Source: Felis catus (taxonomy: Eukaryota). Taken from it: a stretch of DNA of 64,000 nucleotides. Each line of letters begins with the position of its first letter. Position 1 is the stretch's first letter. The stretch is from positions 108,004,001 to 108,068,000 of the forward strand of contig NC_058377.1 in NCBI RefSeq assembly GCF_018350175.1. Reading direction: 5' to 3'. Below the pieces are notes generated by a model, which did not search any database, was not told the origin of the DNA, and saw nothing but the letters and a program-made list of their open reading frames with translations. A program made the position numbers and the translations under genes. This document shows, in pieces, positions 48,480 to 59,784 of this stretch.

Positions 48480-51400
48480 TGGGGGGAGCAGTCGGACCCT
48501 GTCGCAAGCTGACAAGTCTCCTCCTTTCCCCTCCCCCGCGCCCCTGCCCCGCCAGACACCATCCGGAAGATGAAGAACGACTTCCGGAAGATGGAGGACG
48601 AGATGGACCGGCTGGCCACCAACATGGCGGTGATCACCGACTTCAGTGCGCGCATCAGCGCCACCCTGCAGGACCGCCACGAGCGCATCACCAAGCTAGC
48701 AGGTGGGCCCTGCCCCCGAGCGGGTGCTGGAGCGGCCCACCCCGAGGCTCTGGGGCTGACACCACCTGTCCCCGGCCCCCAGGGGTCCACGCGCTGCTGC
48801 GGAAGCTGCAGTTCCTCTTCGAGCTGCCCTCGCGCCTCACCAAGTGCGTGGAGCTGGGCGCCTACGGGCAGGCGGTGCGCTACCAGGGCCGCGCGCGGGC
48901 CGTCCTGCAGCAGTACCAGCACCTGCCCTCGTTCCGCGCCATCCAGGATGACTGCCAGGTCATCACGGCTCGCCTGGCTCAGCAGCTGCGGCAGCGCTTC
49001 AGGTGTGGCCCCGGGACCCTCTCCCACCCCCAGCCGGGGCCCTGGGCCCGCCAGTTGCGGTCCAGACTCGTCCCCCTCCGCCCTCCCGCCCGAATTCCAT
49101 CAGCCTGCCCTTGACCGCCGCCTCCCACTTTGCAGGGAGGGCGGCTCCGGCGCCCCCGAGCAGGCAGAGTGCGTGGAGCTGCTGCTGGCCCTGGGCGAGC
49201 CAGCGGAGGAGCTGTGTGAGGAGTTCCTGGCGCACGCCCGCGGGCGGCTGGAGGCCGAGCTGCGGAGCCTGGAGGCAGAGCTGGGGCCTTCCCCTCCGGC
49301 TCCCGACGTCTTAGAGTTCACGGATCGCGGAGGAAGTGGCTTTGTGGGTGGCCTCTGCCAGGTGGCCTCGGCCTACCAGGAGCTCTTTGCGGCCCAGGGC
49401 CCGGCGGGTGCCGAGAAGCTGGCAGCCTTCGCCCGGGAGCTGGGTGGCCGCTACTTTGCGCTAGTGGAGCGGCGGCTGGCGCAGGAGCAGGGTGGCGGTG
49501 ACAACTCCCTGCTGGTGCGGGCGCTGGACCGCTTCCATCGGCGCCTGCGGGCTCCTGGGGCCCTGCTGGCCGCTGCTGGGCTGGCCGAGGCGGCCACGGA
49601 GATCGTGGAGCGAGTGGCCCGCGAGCGCCTGGGCCACCACCTGCAGGGCCTGCGGTCGGCCTTCCTGGGTTGCCTGACCGATGTGCGGCAGGCTTTGGCT
49701 GCCCCTCGCCTGGCTGGAAAGGACGGCCCGGGCCTGGCCGAGTTGCTGGCCAACGTGGCCAGCTCCATCCTGAGCCACATCAAGGCCTCGCTGGCAGCTG
49801 TGCACCTCTTCACCGCCAAGGAGGTGTCTTTCTCCAACAAGCCCTACTTCCGGGTATGGCCTACCTTCGGGCTTTTATCTCCCTGCCCCACCCCCCATTC
49901 TGGGCATTGTTTCATTCATCCCGTAGATTGGCAGCTGTCGGGGCACACAGTCCTTGCCCCAGGCCCTCTGGGTGTGCTTTGAGGGAGTCACGAGGAAGGC
50001 TGGCACTACCCGGGGGGGGGGGGGGGGGGGGGGGGGGAAGGCTCCGAGGACATCTGCCAGCAGGGTCCCCAGTGCTGGCTTTGTCCCCTTTGCATTCCTG
50101 CCCCCCCTCCCCCCCGGGGGGAGCTGCTCTTGGGGACCGGAATGCAGGACCAAGCTGTCCCTTGGAGAGGGGCTAGGGCACGTAGGGTCTCAGTAGAGGG
50201 TCGCTGTTGGCCCCCGCCTGGAAGAGGGGACCTGCTGTGTATCTGCGGCCCTCCTCCTCACAGGGCGAGTTCTGCAGCCAGGGTGTTCGCGAGGGCCTCA
50301 TCGTGGGCTTCATCCGCTCCATGTGCCAGACGGCTCAGAGCTTCTGTGACAGCCCTGGGGAGAAGGGGGGTGCCACGCCACCTGCTCTGCTCCTGCTGCT
50401 CTCCCGCCTCTGCTTGGACTATGAGACAGCCACCATCTCCTACATCCTCACCCTCACCGATGAACAGTTTCTCGTGCAGGTGAACCGCTCACTCATAGCA
50501 GGGAAGGGGACGGTGGTACCGGGAGTCCAGGCGGCTGGGCGGTGCCCTCGCGGTCAGACCCGGGCCAGCTGCCCGTGCCCAGCCCGTGCCCTGCTCCTGC
50601 TTGGCGGTGGCCCCCGAGCTGCCCACCCCGTACTCACTGCCCCTCTGTCCTCTGCGTCCCTGGCTCAGGACCCGTCTCCAGTGACCCCCGTGAGCACACT
50701 GTGCGCAGAGGCCAGGGAGACGGCGCGGCGGTTACTGACCCACTATGTGAAGGTGCAGGGCCTCGTCATATCACAGATGCTGCGTAAGAGTGTAGAGACA
50801 CGGGACTGGCTGAGTACCCTGGAGCCCCGGAACGTGCGTGCTGTCATGAAGCGGGTGGTGGAGGACACGACGGCTATCGACGTGCAGGTGCTGGCCCTGG
50901 GCTGGCCAGGAGGGGTCCTGATGCAGGCTCGGGGGGTTGGAAGATAGCCGCCCTCAGAGGATCAAGACAGCAGGGCCGAGCAGTGCCTGCGTCCGTGGCC
51001 TCGTTCCCCCTCAGCCCTGGGTTGTGGCATCATTGCCCGCACATCACCTGTGAGGGGGCTGAGCTCTAGAGTCACCCAGGGCATCAGGACAGGGTTAGCA
51101 CTGAAGATTGAGCCTCAGCCCCAAGTCTGATGTCCTACCCTTGCCCCACTCCACCGGTTCTATGAAGAGCGACCGGGTACCAACCAGATGCCAGGTCCCC
51201 ACTACCCTGTGGTGCTTCTAACAGATGAGTTTGTAATTTATTTTTATTCTTCTTTTGTTTAATGCGTATTTATTTTTGAGAGAGACGGAGCGTGAGTGGG
51301 GGAGGGGCAGACAGAGGGAGGACCAGAAGGGGGCTCCGTGTCAACAGCAGAGAGTCTGATGTGGGGACCGAACCCACAAACTGTGGGATCACGACCCGAA

Positions 51401-52933
51401 CCCCAAGTCAGAAGCTTAATCCGCTGAGCCACCCAGGCTCCCCAGAGTTTGTAATTTAGAGTGTCCTTGGCCCTCACCCTGGGCACCTGGTGGGCTAGAG
51501 GGTCCCCTTGCTCTGGCCTCCTTACAGTGAGTGCCTCCTTCCACCACCAGGTGGGTCTTCTGTACGAAGAGGGTGTCCGCAAGGCCCAGAGCAGTGACTC
51601 CAGCAAAAGGACCTTCTCCGTGTACAGCAGCTCTCGACAGCAGGGCCGCTACGCCCCCAGCTACACGCCCAGGTCTGGCCGGTCAGGGTAACCCCAGGGG
51701 AATGGACAAAGGAGGATGTGGGTGCAGGGTGGGCTCTGACTGCTTGTCTCCCCCCATCCAGTGCCCCGATGGACACCAATCTCTTGAGCAACATCCAGAA
51801 GCTGTTCTCTGAACGCATCGACGTGTTCAGCCCTGTGGAGTTCAACAAGGTCTGAAGTCCCCTGTGACCCCACCTTCTAGGGGCCCTTGGGAAGGTTGGC
51901 TCAAGCATCTGACTCAAGGAGTCTAGGACTCCTCTGCTCCCCTGCCCCCTGCCACCAGGCTCTATCTCTGGGCTGTTGCTAGGAGTGAATGGTCATCTAC
52001 AGCCCCGCCATTGCCATATCCCATGGCCCTCTGCCCTGACCTTGGTGCCCCCAGCCTGGGTCTCGATGCTGATCTGGAATGCCTCTTTATCCTTGTCCTT
52101 GTTGCCACAGGAGTTCTGGGTCCTCATCAGGGATTCCTGTCCACACGATAGGCCCTGCCCCAACCCAGCCCACACTCGGGGACCTGGTGTTCTTCTGCCT
52201 CTAACTCAGCAAGCCTTCCCGCTCCTGGTGTCAGTGCTGACTCCCATCTCTGCTTGCCTTTTCTTTTTGAGAGCGAGAGTGAATGGGGGAGGGGGCAGAG
52301 AGGGGGAGAGAGAGAGAATCCCAAGGAAACTCTGCACTGTCAGCACCGAGCCCTATGCGGGGCTTGAACTCACGAACCATGAGATCATGACCTGAGCTGA
52401 AACCAAGAGTTGGACACTCAACCGACCAGGCGCTTCTCCCATCTCTGCTTCTGACTGTTGGGTTTTCCCTGTCTGTTCCCCCTCCGGATGGTGGTGCTAA
52501 CCTTGTATCCATCCCTCCCTCTCAGATGGGTCCTGGGACTTTTGCACCCCGTCACAGCTACTGGCCTCTTACTGTCTCTCTGGCCCCTGCCCCGAACGTG
52601 GGTGCCCTCCGGGATCCAGTGCCCTTACCCAACACCTGCTGTCCCAGAGCAGCCTCCTCTCCTTGCCTGCAGGTATCGGTGCTGACCGGCATCATCAAGA
52701 TCAGCCTGAAGACGCTGCTGGAGTGTGTGCGGCTGCGCACCTTTGGGCGCTTCGGCTTGCAGCAGGTGCAGGTGGACTGTCACTTCCTGCAGCTCTACCT
52801 GTGGCGCTTCGTGGCCGACGAGGAGCTTGTGCACCTACTGTTGGATGAAGTGGTGGCCTCAGCCGCCCTGCGCTGCCCGGACCCAGTGCCCATGGAACCC
52901 AGTGTCGTCGAGGTCATCTGCGAGCGCGGCTAG
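32854..52933 (+). CDS. VPS51: VPS51 subunit of the GARP/EARP tethering complexes, 781 aa
   Basis: Exons 32854-33078, 33547-33676, 48556-48702, 48783-49002, 49136-49853, 50264-50479, 50669-50887, 51551-51672, 51762-51849, 52673-52933 total 2346 nt. Contains [36 protein letters not shown] and C-terminal [18 protein letters not shown]...VEVICERG. Confidence 0.97.
34155..34230. repeat. (TTTTC)n microsatellite
   Basis: About 15 perfect units. Confidence 0.95.
34790..37340. mobile_element. Degenerate L2-like LINE fragments
   Basis: Purine-rich ancient-repeat phrases (GGAGCCCACATTCTAGTTGGGGAGACAGACAATAA, GGTGACATTTGAGCAG, GGACTGAGCCCTG). Boundaries are approximate. Confidence 0.55.
38185..40020. 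mobile_element. Three Can-SINEs inside the L1
   Basis: 38185-38362(-), 38790-39012(-, TSD AAGAGACACTCTTT), 39799-40020(+). Confidence 0.88.
40909..41786 (+). mobile_element. MER21-like LTR inserted in the L1
   Basis: TG...CA termini; GTCTTTTGTTATTCAT...CCTTTCAACCACACCT..GTTTATG; GGAACCAACCATGTGA; AATAAA at ~41405. L1 sequence resumes after 41786. Confidence 0.75.
42492..43122 (-). mobile_element. Solo LTR with a 6-bp TSD (ERVK/class II-like)
   Basis: TG...CA termini, flanks TACCGA and TACGGA, minus-strand AATAAA near 42615. L1 text is continuous across the insertion. Confidence 0.75.
44065..46961 (-). mobile_element. Further Can-SINEs within antisense old L1 fragments
   Basis: Approximate copies 44065-44264, 44925-45124, 45130-45365, 45790-46021, 46860-46961, embedded in T-rich antisense L1-like sequence (~44640-47300). 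Confidence 0.8.
48444..48477. repeat. (GT)n microsatellite
   Basis: Perfect GT run ~80 nt upstream of VPS51 exon 3. Confidence 0.95.
50012..50037 (+). repeat. G26 homopolymer
   Basis: 26 consecutive G in VPS51 intron 5. Confidence 0.9.
51245..51443 (-). mobile_element. Can-SINE
   Basis: SINE body with TSD GAGTTTGTAATTTA. Confidence 0.88.
52260..52432 (-). mobile_element. Can-SINE
   Basis: SINE body flanked by a CTCCCATCTCTGCTT duplication. Confidence 0.85.
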
Positions 52934-53034
52934 GCCGGGCCGCTGCCAGGCACAGGCTCGCCCAGTTGCCCCAACCCGCCCATCTCCTGGTCTCCCGCCG
53001 GGCGGCCCTTCCCCTCCAGCCTCAAAACCTGCCA

Positions 53035-53376
53035 AATAAAGACGCGCTGCCTCCTCCTCCTCCTTGTCGCTTGCGGGGGCGGGGCTTGCCCGGGGTGGAG
53101 TTGTGAGGCTACGGAGGTGGCTTCGGAGGCCCTCGCGTCAGGCCCGCTCCCGAGAGCCGATTGGCTGGATTGCTGGGCCTGGAATGGGCCGGGGGCGGGT
53201 CCATTTAAAGACCTCGGCACTCGGGCGCTTGTAGTCCGAGCTCGGGGACCAAGCAGGTGCTTGCGTGAAGCGGGCCGATCCTCTGCGTCACCAAGCTCAT
53301 CTCCTGGGGGATGGGGTGGACGGTGTTCCTTTGACGGACGCTTGTGTACCCCCCGGCCCCGGGTGGAGTGGAGACC
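53035..53376 (+). promoter_or_regulatory. VPS51 poly(A) signal immediately followed by the TM7SF2 promoter and 5' UTR
   Basis: AATAAA at 53035-53040; GC box at 53075-53084; SRE-like CGGGGTGGAG at 53091-53100; inverted CCAAT at 53160-53164; TTTAAAG at ~53203. Confidence 0.65.
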
Positions 53377-56300
53377 ATGGCCTATCCTCAGGGCTCCCGG
53401 GCTCCGCTGGAATTCGGGGGACCCCTGGGTAATGGGGCAGGCGGGGCTGGGACCAGAGGCTCGGCGGGTACGGGGTGAACTGAGAGATGGGGGAGGGTGC
53501 AGGGTCTGAGAATGGAAGGCTTTGAAGGGTATCCCGAGGCAGAGGGGTCCGGTGGGGGGTGGGGGAGTGTCTGGGGAGACGGCTGCAGAGTGCGGCATCT
53601 AAGGAGTGGAGGATTGGACGGAGGATGGGGAGCAGGGGGAGGGTCCTTGGGCGAGCGTGGGGGCGGGGACCAAGGTGGAAGTCAGGGAAGGGGCTGAGGG
53701 CTGAGGACGGGATATGGAAGAAGGCAGTGGGAATGCTGAGGGGGCCCTGGAGGCAACAGGGCGCCTGCGGGTGCCGTGGGCGAGTTGCGGAGCGGACCCC
53801 CGACGCGACCGCCCCCTTCCCCAGGCGCCGCGGCGCTGATGGTGCTGCTCCCCGCCACCATGTTCCACCTGCTCCTGGTGGCCCGCTCGGGCCCGGCGCG
53901 CCTGCTGGGCCCACCCCCCTACCTGCCGGGTCCCGACGTGCTGTGGAGCCCGCGGGTGCTGCTGCTGTGGCTCACCTGGCTCGGCCTTCAGGCGGCTCTC
54001 TACCTACTGCCGGCGCGCAAGGTGCGGACTCGGCGGGCGGAGGGAGGGGGCGCCCCCAGAGAGAAGGCACACTCCCCCCCTTACAGAGTCCCTTTGTGCC
54101 TGCAGGTGGCCGAGGGGCTGGAATTGAAGGACAAGAGTCGCCTGCGCTACCCCATTAACGGTGCCTGGGGGATCCTTGCGCCGGACTTGCGCCCGGTGGG
54201 GGTGGAGATCCAGGCCCAGTGGCGATTAGCCCCCGACCCCAAGCTCCGATAGATGCCTATTTCATGCCATGTGCCCAGGCCGACGTGGGGGATCTCACTG
54301 TCCCTCTGCACGTCCCTTGTTCCTCCACCCCTACCCGCAGCATTTGCTGCTACTCTGTGCACCAGAGCAGTGGTCGGTGTGACCCACTGAAAGCCAAGGG
54401 CAAGGTCCCTGACCTCCCTGGGCTTTGGACTGTGTGTGTGTGTTGGGGTGGGGGTGGGGGTGGCATGGAGGGGGAGAGCAGGGGTGTAGGGGCGCAGCCC
54501 CCAGGACTCACTGTGGACTGCGGTTCAGGCTTCCAGGCCCTGGTGCTGACGGCCCTGTTGGTGGGCTTGGCAGTGTCCGCGGGGCTGCCTCTGGGGGCGC
54601 TCCCGGAAATGCTCGTGCCCTTGGCGTTCGCGGCCACCCTCACCGCCTTCATCTTCAGCTTCCTTCTCTACCTGAAGGCTCTGGGAGTCCCTCCCTCCGC
54701 CCTGGCACCTGGGGGGACCTCAGGTGAGAGGGGGGCCCTGGAGGGAGCGGATGGGGGCAGGTGGGGGTGCTTTCGCGTGCGCCTTCATCCCTCGGCTGTT
54801 CTCCAGGCAACCCCATCTACGACTTTTTCCTGGGACGGGAGCTCAACCCGCGCATCTGTTCCTTTGACTTCAAATATTTCTGCGAACTGCGGCCTGGCCT
54901 CATCGGCTGGGTATGCTGGGCCCGGCTAAGGGGAGGGGTGGGATGGATAAGCTTGCTGAGGCAGGCAGGGCCAATGCTGTGCAGATGTAAACCATTAATC
55001 ATCCATTCCACAAATATTTGTTGAGTCCACTGTGTGCCCTGGGCACTGCTCTAGGTCCAAGGAGACAAAGGAGAAAAAGTTACAGGAAAGCATGGAAAAA
55101 AAAAAAAAAATCTGTGTCCCCATGGAGCCTACCCTCTATTGGGGAAGGCAGACAAAACAGAAGTAAAAAATATATAGCACGGCTGGGGAGAAAAGGCACG
55201 GAACGAGTTACGTGAGCAGGTGCAACTTTCAATAAAGCAGTCAAGTTCAAGAGCTATTTTGAGGACAGGACAGGGTGATGCTATGCTGCCTGCCGGTCCA
55301 AGCGGTGCCCAACTTAAGACTGGTCACTGGGTGCGGCAACCTGGTCGTCACCAGTGGCCTTGATGACATGCCAACTGTGGTTTTCGGTTGTAATCCCCCA
55401 TGCTGGACTGTGGTCAAGATTTCCCAAAGGGTCTCTCGGGCGAGGTCTCTCTGGCCTCTGAGGCCATTTCCTCATGTGTGAAATGGAATAAAGTCAGAGA
55501 GCTTCCTGCTGAGGTTCTTGTGGGGATTAGAAGCGGGGACGTTAACGGCGACACCAAAGCCACCGCTACCAGAATGGGGCGCTCGGCACAGGCTGGCTAC
55601 CAGCCAGCCGTCACTGAGTGTTTCCTGGGTGCCAGACTCATCGTGCTTCGTGCTGTCCGTGCGTCAGGTCCACTGGTCCTCAGCTCCATAAGGCGGGTCC
55701 ACGATCATTTCCCACATGGGGTGGGGGAAAGGAGGCTTTGAAGAGGGCCAGCAGCCTGCCCAAGTCGCAAAGCTGAGATTCAAAACTAGGTCTGTTTTAA
55801 AGAGTTTGTGTGTGTGTTTTAATGTTTATTTATTTTTGAGCGAGAGTGAGCGGGGGAGGGGCAGAGAGAGAGAGAGAGAGGCAGAGAGAGAATCCCAAGC
55901 AGGCCCCGCCCTGTCAGCGCAGAGCCTGACGTGGGGCTCGAACTCACAAACTGTGAGATCGTGTCCTGAGCCCAAATCAAGAGTCAGACGCTTAACCGAC
56001 GGAGCCACCCAGGCGCCCCCAAACCACATCTGTTCTAATCCTTGTCTGTTGCTCTCCCAAAAGGAATATTATAGGATGAGGCAAGAGTCAGCCAACAGGC
56101 AGGGAGCACTTCCAGAAACATCTATTGCAGTCTTTCCCCTGGGTACAGGGCCTGGATCCATTCAACGAAGGCCTGAGGACTGAGAGCTGTAAGGGGAAAG
56201 GCTGGCTCCTCTCCCATGTAGGTGCTGCCACCTCTGTAGAGACGGGCTGGGGACACACTGCCCTGTTCTCCTTCCCCCACGACCCCAGGTCCTCATCAAC

Positions 56301-57642
56301 CTGGCCCTGCTGATGCAGGAAGCGGAACTTCGGGGGAGTCCCTCACTGGCCATGTGGCTGGTCAACGGCTTCCAGCTACTCTATGTGGGTGATGCTCTCT
56401 GGCATGAGGTGAGGCCCGACTGGGCGGAGAGGCGGGGAGGGCATTTGAGGACCTCGTGGGGACTGAGCCAGTGTGTCTGGGTCCCGTCCCTGCAGGAGGC
56501 TGTTCTCACCACCATGGACATCACACACGACGGGTTTGGCTTCATGCTGGCCTTTGGGGACCTAGCCTGGGTACCCTTCACTTACAGCCTGCAGGCCCAA
56601 TTTTTGCTGCACCACCCGCAGCCCCTGGGGTTGCCCATGGCCTCCGCCATCTGTCTCATCAACGGTCAGTCTGCAAGGGGCTCCTCCCCCTGTCATTCAT
56701 TCATGTCACGTTTATTCAGCACCTGGTAGGTGCTAAGCCTCAGGCGCTTCTCTAAAGCCGGGGCTTGGGGAGGACTGGGTCCGAGGTCTCCGGGGCTGTG
56801 CGGGGAGGGTCAGGGTCAGGTAGGCTACAACCCTCAGCCCTGACCACTTGGTGCTTTCCCCTAGCTCTTGGTTACTACATCTTCCGAAGAGCCAATTCCC
56901 AGAAGAACACCTTCCGAAAGAATCCTTCTGACCCCAGAGTGGCTGGTGAGCTGGGTTCCCGGGCTGCCATGAGTGAAGTGTCAAGGACAGCTGGGCTTCC
57001 AGCAGTCCCCCCGCCCCCTCATGCCCTGTCTCTCCCCAGGCCTTGAGACCATCCCCACGGCCACGGGGCGGCAGCTGCTGGTGTCCGGGTGGTGGGGTAT
57101 GGTCCGCCACCCCAACTACCTCGGGGACCTCATCATGGCTCTGGCGTGGTCCTTGCCCTGCGGTGAGCGGCTCGGGTGGGCACAGGGCGGGCACCACGCG
57201 TGCGAGGGGCAGAGATGGTGAACACAGGAGGCCCAGTCTGGGTGTGGAATGCAGAGCAGGGGTGCGTCCCGGTGGAGGGAGCCGTCAGGGAGCTGGGGAT
57301 GGACTGAGTGGCCGGGGCCGACCTCCATCCAACCTAAGCTGTGCCAGCGCCTTGCTGCAGACCTGGACCTTTCACCATAGAGCCCCGGGGTCCCCGTGAG
57401 CCAGTGGGTGTGGAAACCTCTGTGAACTGGGGCGGGGAGGGGGGGCGCTGCTGAGGGATCACAGCCTCCCCTTCCCCTCAGGGGTGTCTCACCTGCTGCC
57501 CTACTTCTACTTCCTCTACTTCACGGCGCTCCTGGTGCACCGGGAGGCCCGGGATGAACAGCAGTGCCTACAGAAGTACGGCCTGGCCTGGCAGGAGTAC
57601 TGCCGGCGCGTGCCTTACCGAATCCTGCCCTACGTCTACTGA
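53377..57642 (+). CDS. TM7SF2: Delta(14)-sterol reductase (DHCR14A), 418 aa
   Basis: Exons 53377-53428, 53825-54021, 54106-54160, 54529-54723, 54807-54910, 56289-56408, 56496-56664, 56865-56945, 57040-57162, 57482-57642 total 1257 nt. ERG4/ERG24 motifs [32 protein letters not shown] and [18 protein letters not shown]. Confidence 0.97.
55815..56020 (-). mobile_element. Can-SINE
   Basis: Full SINE body in TM7SF2 intron 5. Confidence 0.88.
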
Positions 57643-58069
57643 GGCAGCTCCACCGACCCCGGGTGGGGGCACGTGCCCACCCGCCCGTCAGCGCACCCAG
57701 CACCGGGAGCCTGGACCCCTCCCCTGCTCTGAGCTCCCACAGGCAGGGGTGAACAGCCTCAGGGAGGTGCTCCGGAGAGAGGAGAAATGAAGCCGGTGCC
57801 CCCAAAATGGGGGGGTGGAGGGGCTGCTCGTCCTCCTCGGATAAACATCTGGAACCCTTGGTACCACTTCTCTCCCTTTCTGGGGTTAGGGTGTTTAAAA
57901 ACCGGCTGGGTCAGCCCTGATCTGGGAGAAGCTGAGAGGTGGTTTGTGGGCCCCAGGGTTGGGGGTGGGGGAGGGGAGAGGGGGGCGGGACAACAGCTGT
58001 TACTCAGAAATGGGCACCGCTGCCAGGGCACACCAGTCGCGGCTTTATTCATGACAAAGAGATCCCAGT

Positions 58070-59266
58070 TCAGCCAGGGAGTTCCTCAATGAGAATTCTT
58101 GGAGCAGGTGGCAGGGGGCCTCCCCAAAGCCGCTCCAACTCCCCAGTGAGGGCTGCCACCTCCTCGGCGGCCACAGCGTGGGCTCGGTGGGCCCTGGCAC
58201 AGTCTAGAGCCAGGGGCGTGAGGGCCACCTCATTTTCATTGGTCCAAGCCAGCAGGAACTGGCACTTCTTCCGCGCCCGATAGAGGCGATCTCGCTCTTC
58301 GGTAGCCACAGCTTGCCTCCGGGCCCGGCCCAGGGTCCGCGCCAGGTGCCCCAGTGCCGCCAGCGTGTAGCCTTTCTGGTTGGCCGGGCCCTCGCCCATC
58401 AGGATGCGGGCGGCCTCGCGCATGGCGCCCCGTGTGCCCAGGGGCCCAGGAGGATGCTCGCCGGCTTCGAGCACCCGGGCTGCGGCCTGCAGGGCTTCCT
58501 CGGCCGAGGCGAAGACCTGCTGCGCACCCAGGGCGCCGGAAACGCCGAGCAGCGTGGCACAGAAGTCGGAGAGCAGGGCGTCGTCGCCGCCGCCGTGATA
58601 CAAGGCAAGAGCGTGTGCGTAGGCGAACAGCACGTTGGGCAGCTGGAAGCGCACGAGCGGCGAGGCCGGGCCACGGCTCAGGCTGGCCAGCGTGGGGATC
58701 CGGGTGGGCACGGTGGGCGCGCAGGCCTCGGGGGCGTCTCCGAGAAATGGCTCGGCGGCGGCCTCCTTCACGGGTTCCGGTGGCGCCCTCGCGGGGGTGG
58801 GCTTCGGCCCCACGGGGTCACCGCCCGCAGCATCGCCCACCTCCTCCAGGAGCCGCGGCCCGGCCCCGCGTCCCCACCACCACGGCCGCCATGGGGGCAG
58901 CAGCCGCCCGGCCTCGCCCCGGCTCAGCAGCCGCTCGAAGGCCGCCTTCTCGGCCGGGGCCAGGAGCTCCCAGAGCCCCGAGAGGCCGCCGGGCGCCGGG
59001 CCAGGCCTGAGGCCTGCGTCCTCCGGGTCGTCCTCGGTCTCGCGTTGCTCACGCAGCCGCCGCAGGGCGCTGGCCAGGCGGCTGGGCGAGGCGCTGCGGC
59101 CGCGGAGCTCCCCCAGCACCTGGTCCCGGTAGAAGTCTTCGGCGCAGGTGCCGTGCGCCCGGTAGCAGCGCAGCGAGCAGTAGGGCACATTACAGCGAGG
59201 GCAGGTGTAGCGCGCTGGTTGGGCCTCCCCCGCCGGGCAAAAACCGCACGGCCCGGCCGGCTCCAT
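58070..59266 (-). CDS. ZNHIT2: Zinc finger HIT domain-containing protein 2, single exon, 398 aa
   Basis: Kozak GCCATGG at 59266. MEPAGPCGFCPAGEAQPARYTCPRCNVPYCSLRCYRAHGTCAEDFY (zf-HIT), ending RILIEELPG. AATAAA at 58049-58044. Confidence 0.96.
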   Translation of the reverse strand: MEPAGPCGFCPAGEAQPARYTCPRCNVPYCSLRCYRAHGTCAEDFYRDQVLGELRGRSASPSRLASALRRLREQRETEDDPEDAGLRPGPAPGGLSGLWELLAPAEKAAFERLLSRGEAGRLLPPWRPWWWGRGAGPRLLEEVGDAAGGDPVGPKPTPARAPPEPVKEAAAEPFLGDAPEACAPTVPTRIPTLASLSRGPASPLVRFQLPNVLFAYAHALALYHGGGDDALLSDFCATLLGVSGALGAQQVFASAEEALQAAARVLEAGEHPPGPLGTRGAMREAARILMGEGPANQKGYTLAALGHLARTLGRARRQAVATEERDRLYRARKKCQFLLAWTNENEVALTPLALDCARAHRAHAVAAEEVAALTGELERLWGGPLPPAPRILIEELPG

Positions 59267-59543
59267 GGCAACCGGCGCCCGGTGCCACTGGCGAACACGC
59301 GCAGGCGGCGCGGGGCGACTTCCGGCGCTAAGCGGTTGCTTCCGCCTCCAAGGGAGGCCAACGGGGCGTAGCCAAAGCTCCCGAGGACTCTCGGCAACTT
59401 CCGCCCACACTCGGGAGCCAAACCCCACCTCTCGGTCAAGTAGGGCTCGGGCAGGCGCAGGAGAGGGTTCCTGACGCACCAGCCCGGCCTGAGCGGTGGG
59501 GAGGGAGCGCAAGCGCGCTCGGCGGGAGCTCCGCTGGTACCAG

Positions 59544-59560
59544 CTCGCCCCCTAGTGGCT
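59544..59560 (-). promoter_or_regulatory. Predicted CTCF site
   Basis: Minus-strand AGCCACTAGGGGGCGAG matches the CTCF core CCASYAGRKGGCR. Confidence 0.7.
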
Positions 59561-59761
59561 CCCTTTTTGGCACCAGAAAGCGCGGTGGCGGAAATTCATC
59601 CTCGGCGAGGCACCTACTCTAGGCGGCTAATTGCCCCAGGCCCTCGGGGGATGAGATGCGGGATGAGATGCGTCCCAGCGCTGGGAGGGTAGCCATTCTA
59701 ACTAGGGGACACAGACAAAGCGGAATAGAAAAAGAATGAAGATAGATTACTTGGCCTACAA

Positions 59762-59784
59762 TGTGTGTGTGTGTGTGTGTGTGT
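59762..59784. repeat. (TG)n microsatellite
   Basis: Perfect short run. Confidence 0.9.

Noticed and set aside
48570-49982. 470-aa ORF read as a single-exon gene
   Set aside because: It is VPS51 exons 3 and 5 joined by read-through of short GC-rich introns; exon 4 is in another frame.
58313-59371. 352-aa and 218-aa plus-strand ORFs
   Set aside because: Antisense shadows of the GC-rich ZNHIT2 coding sequence.
59267-59512. 82-codon in-frame N-terminal extension of ZNHIT2 in the ORF track
   Set aside because: It starts at a non-ATG codon in a stop-poor CpG island, probably upstream of the TSS. The Kozak ATG at 59266 gives the known N-terminus.
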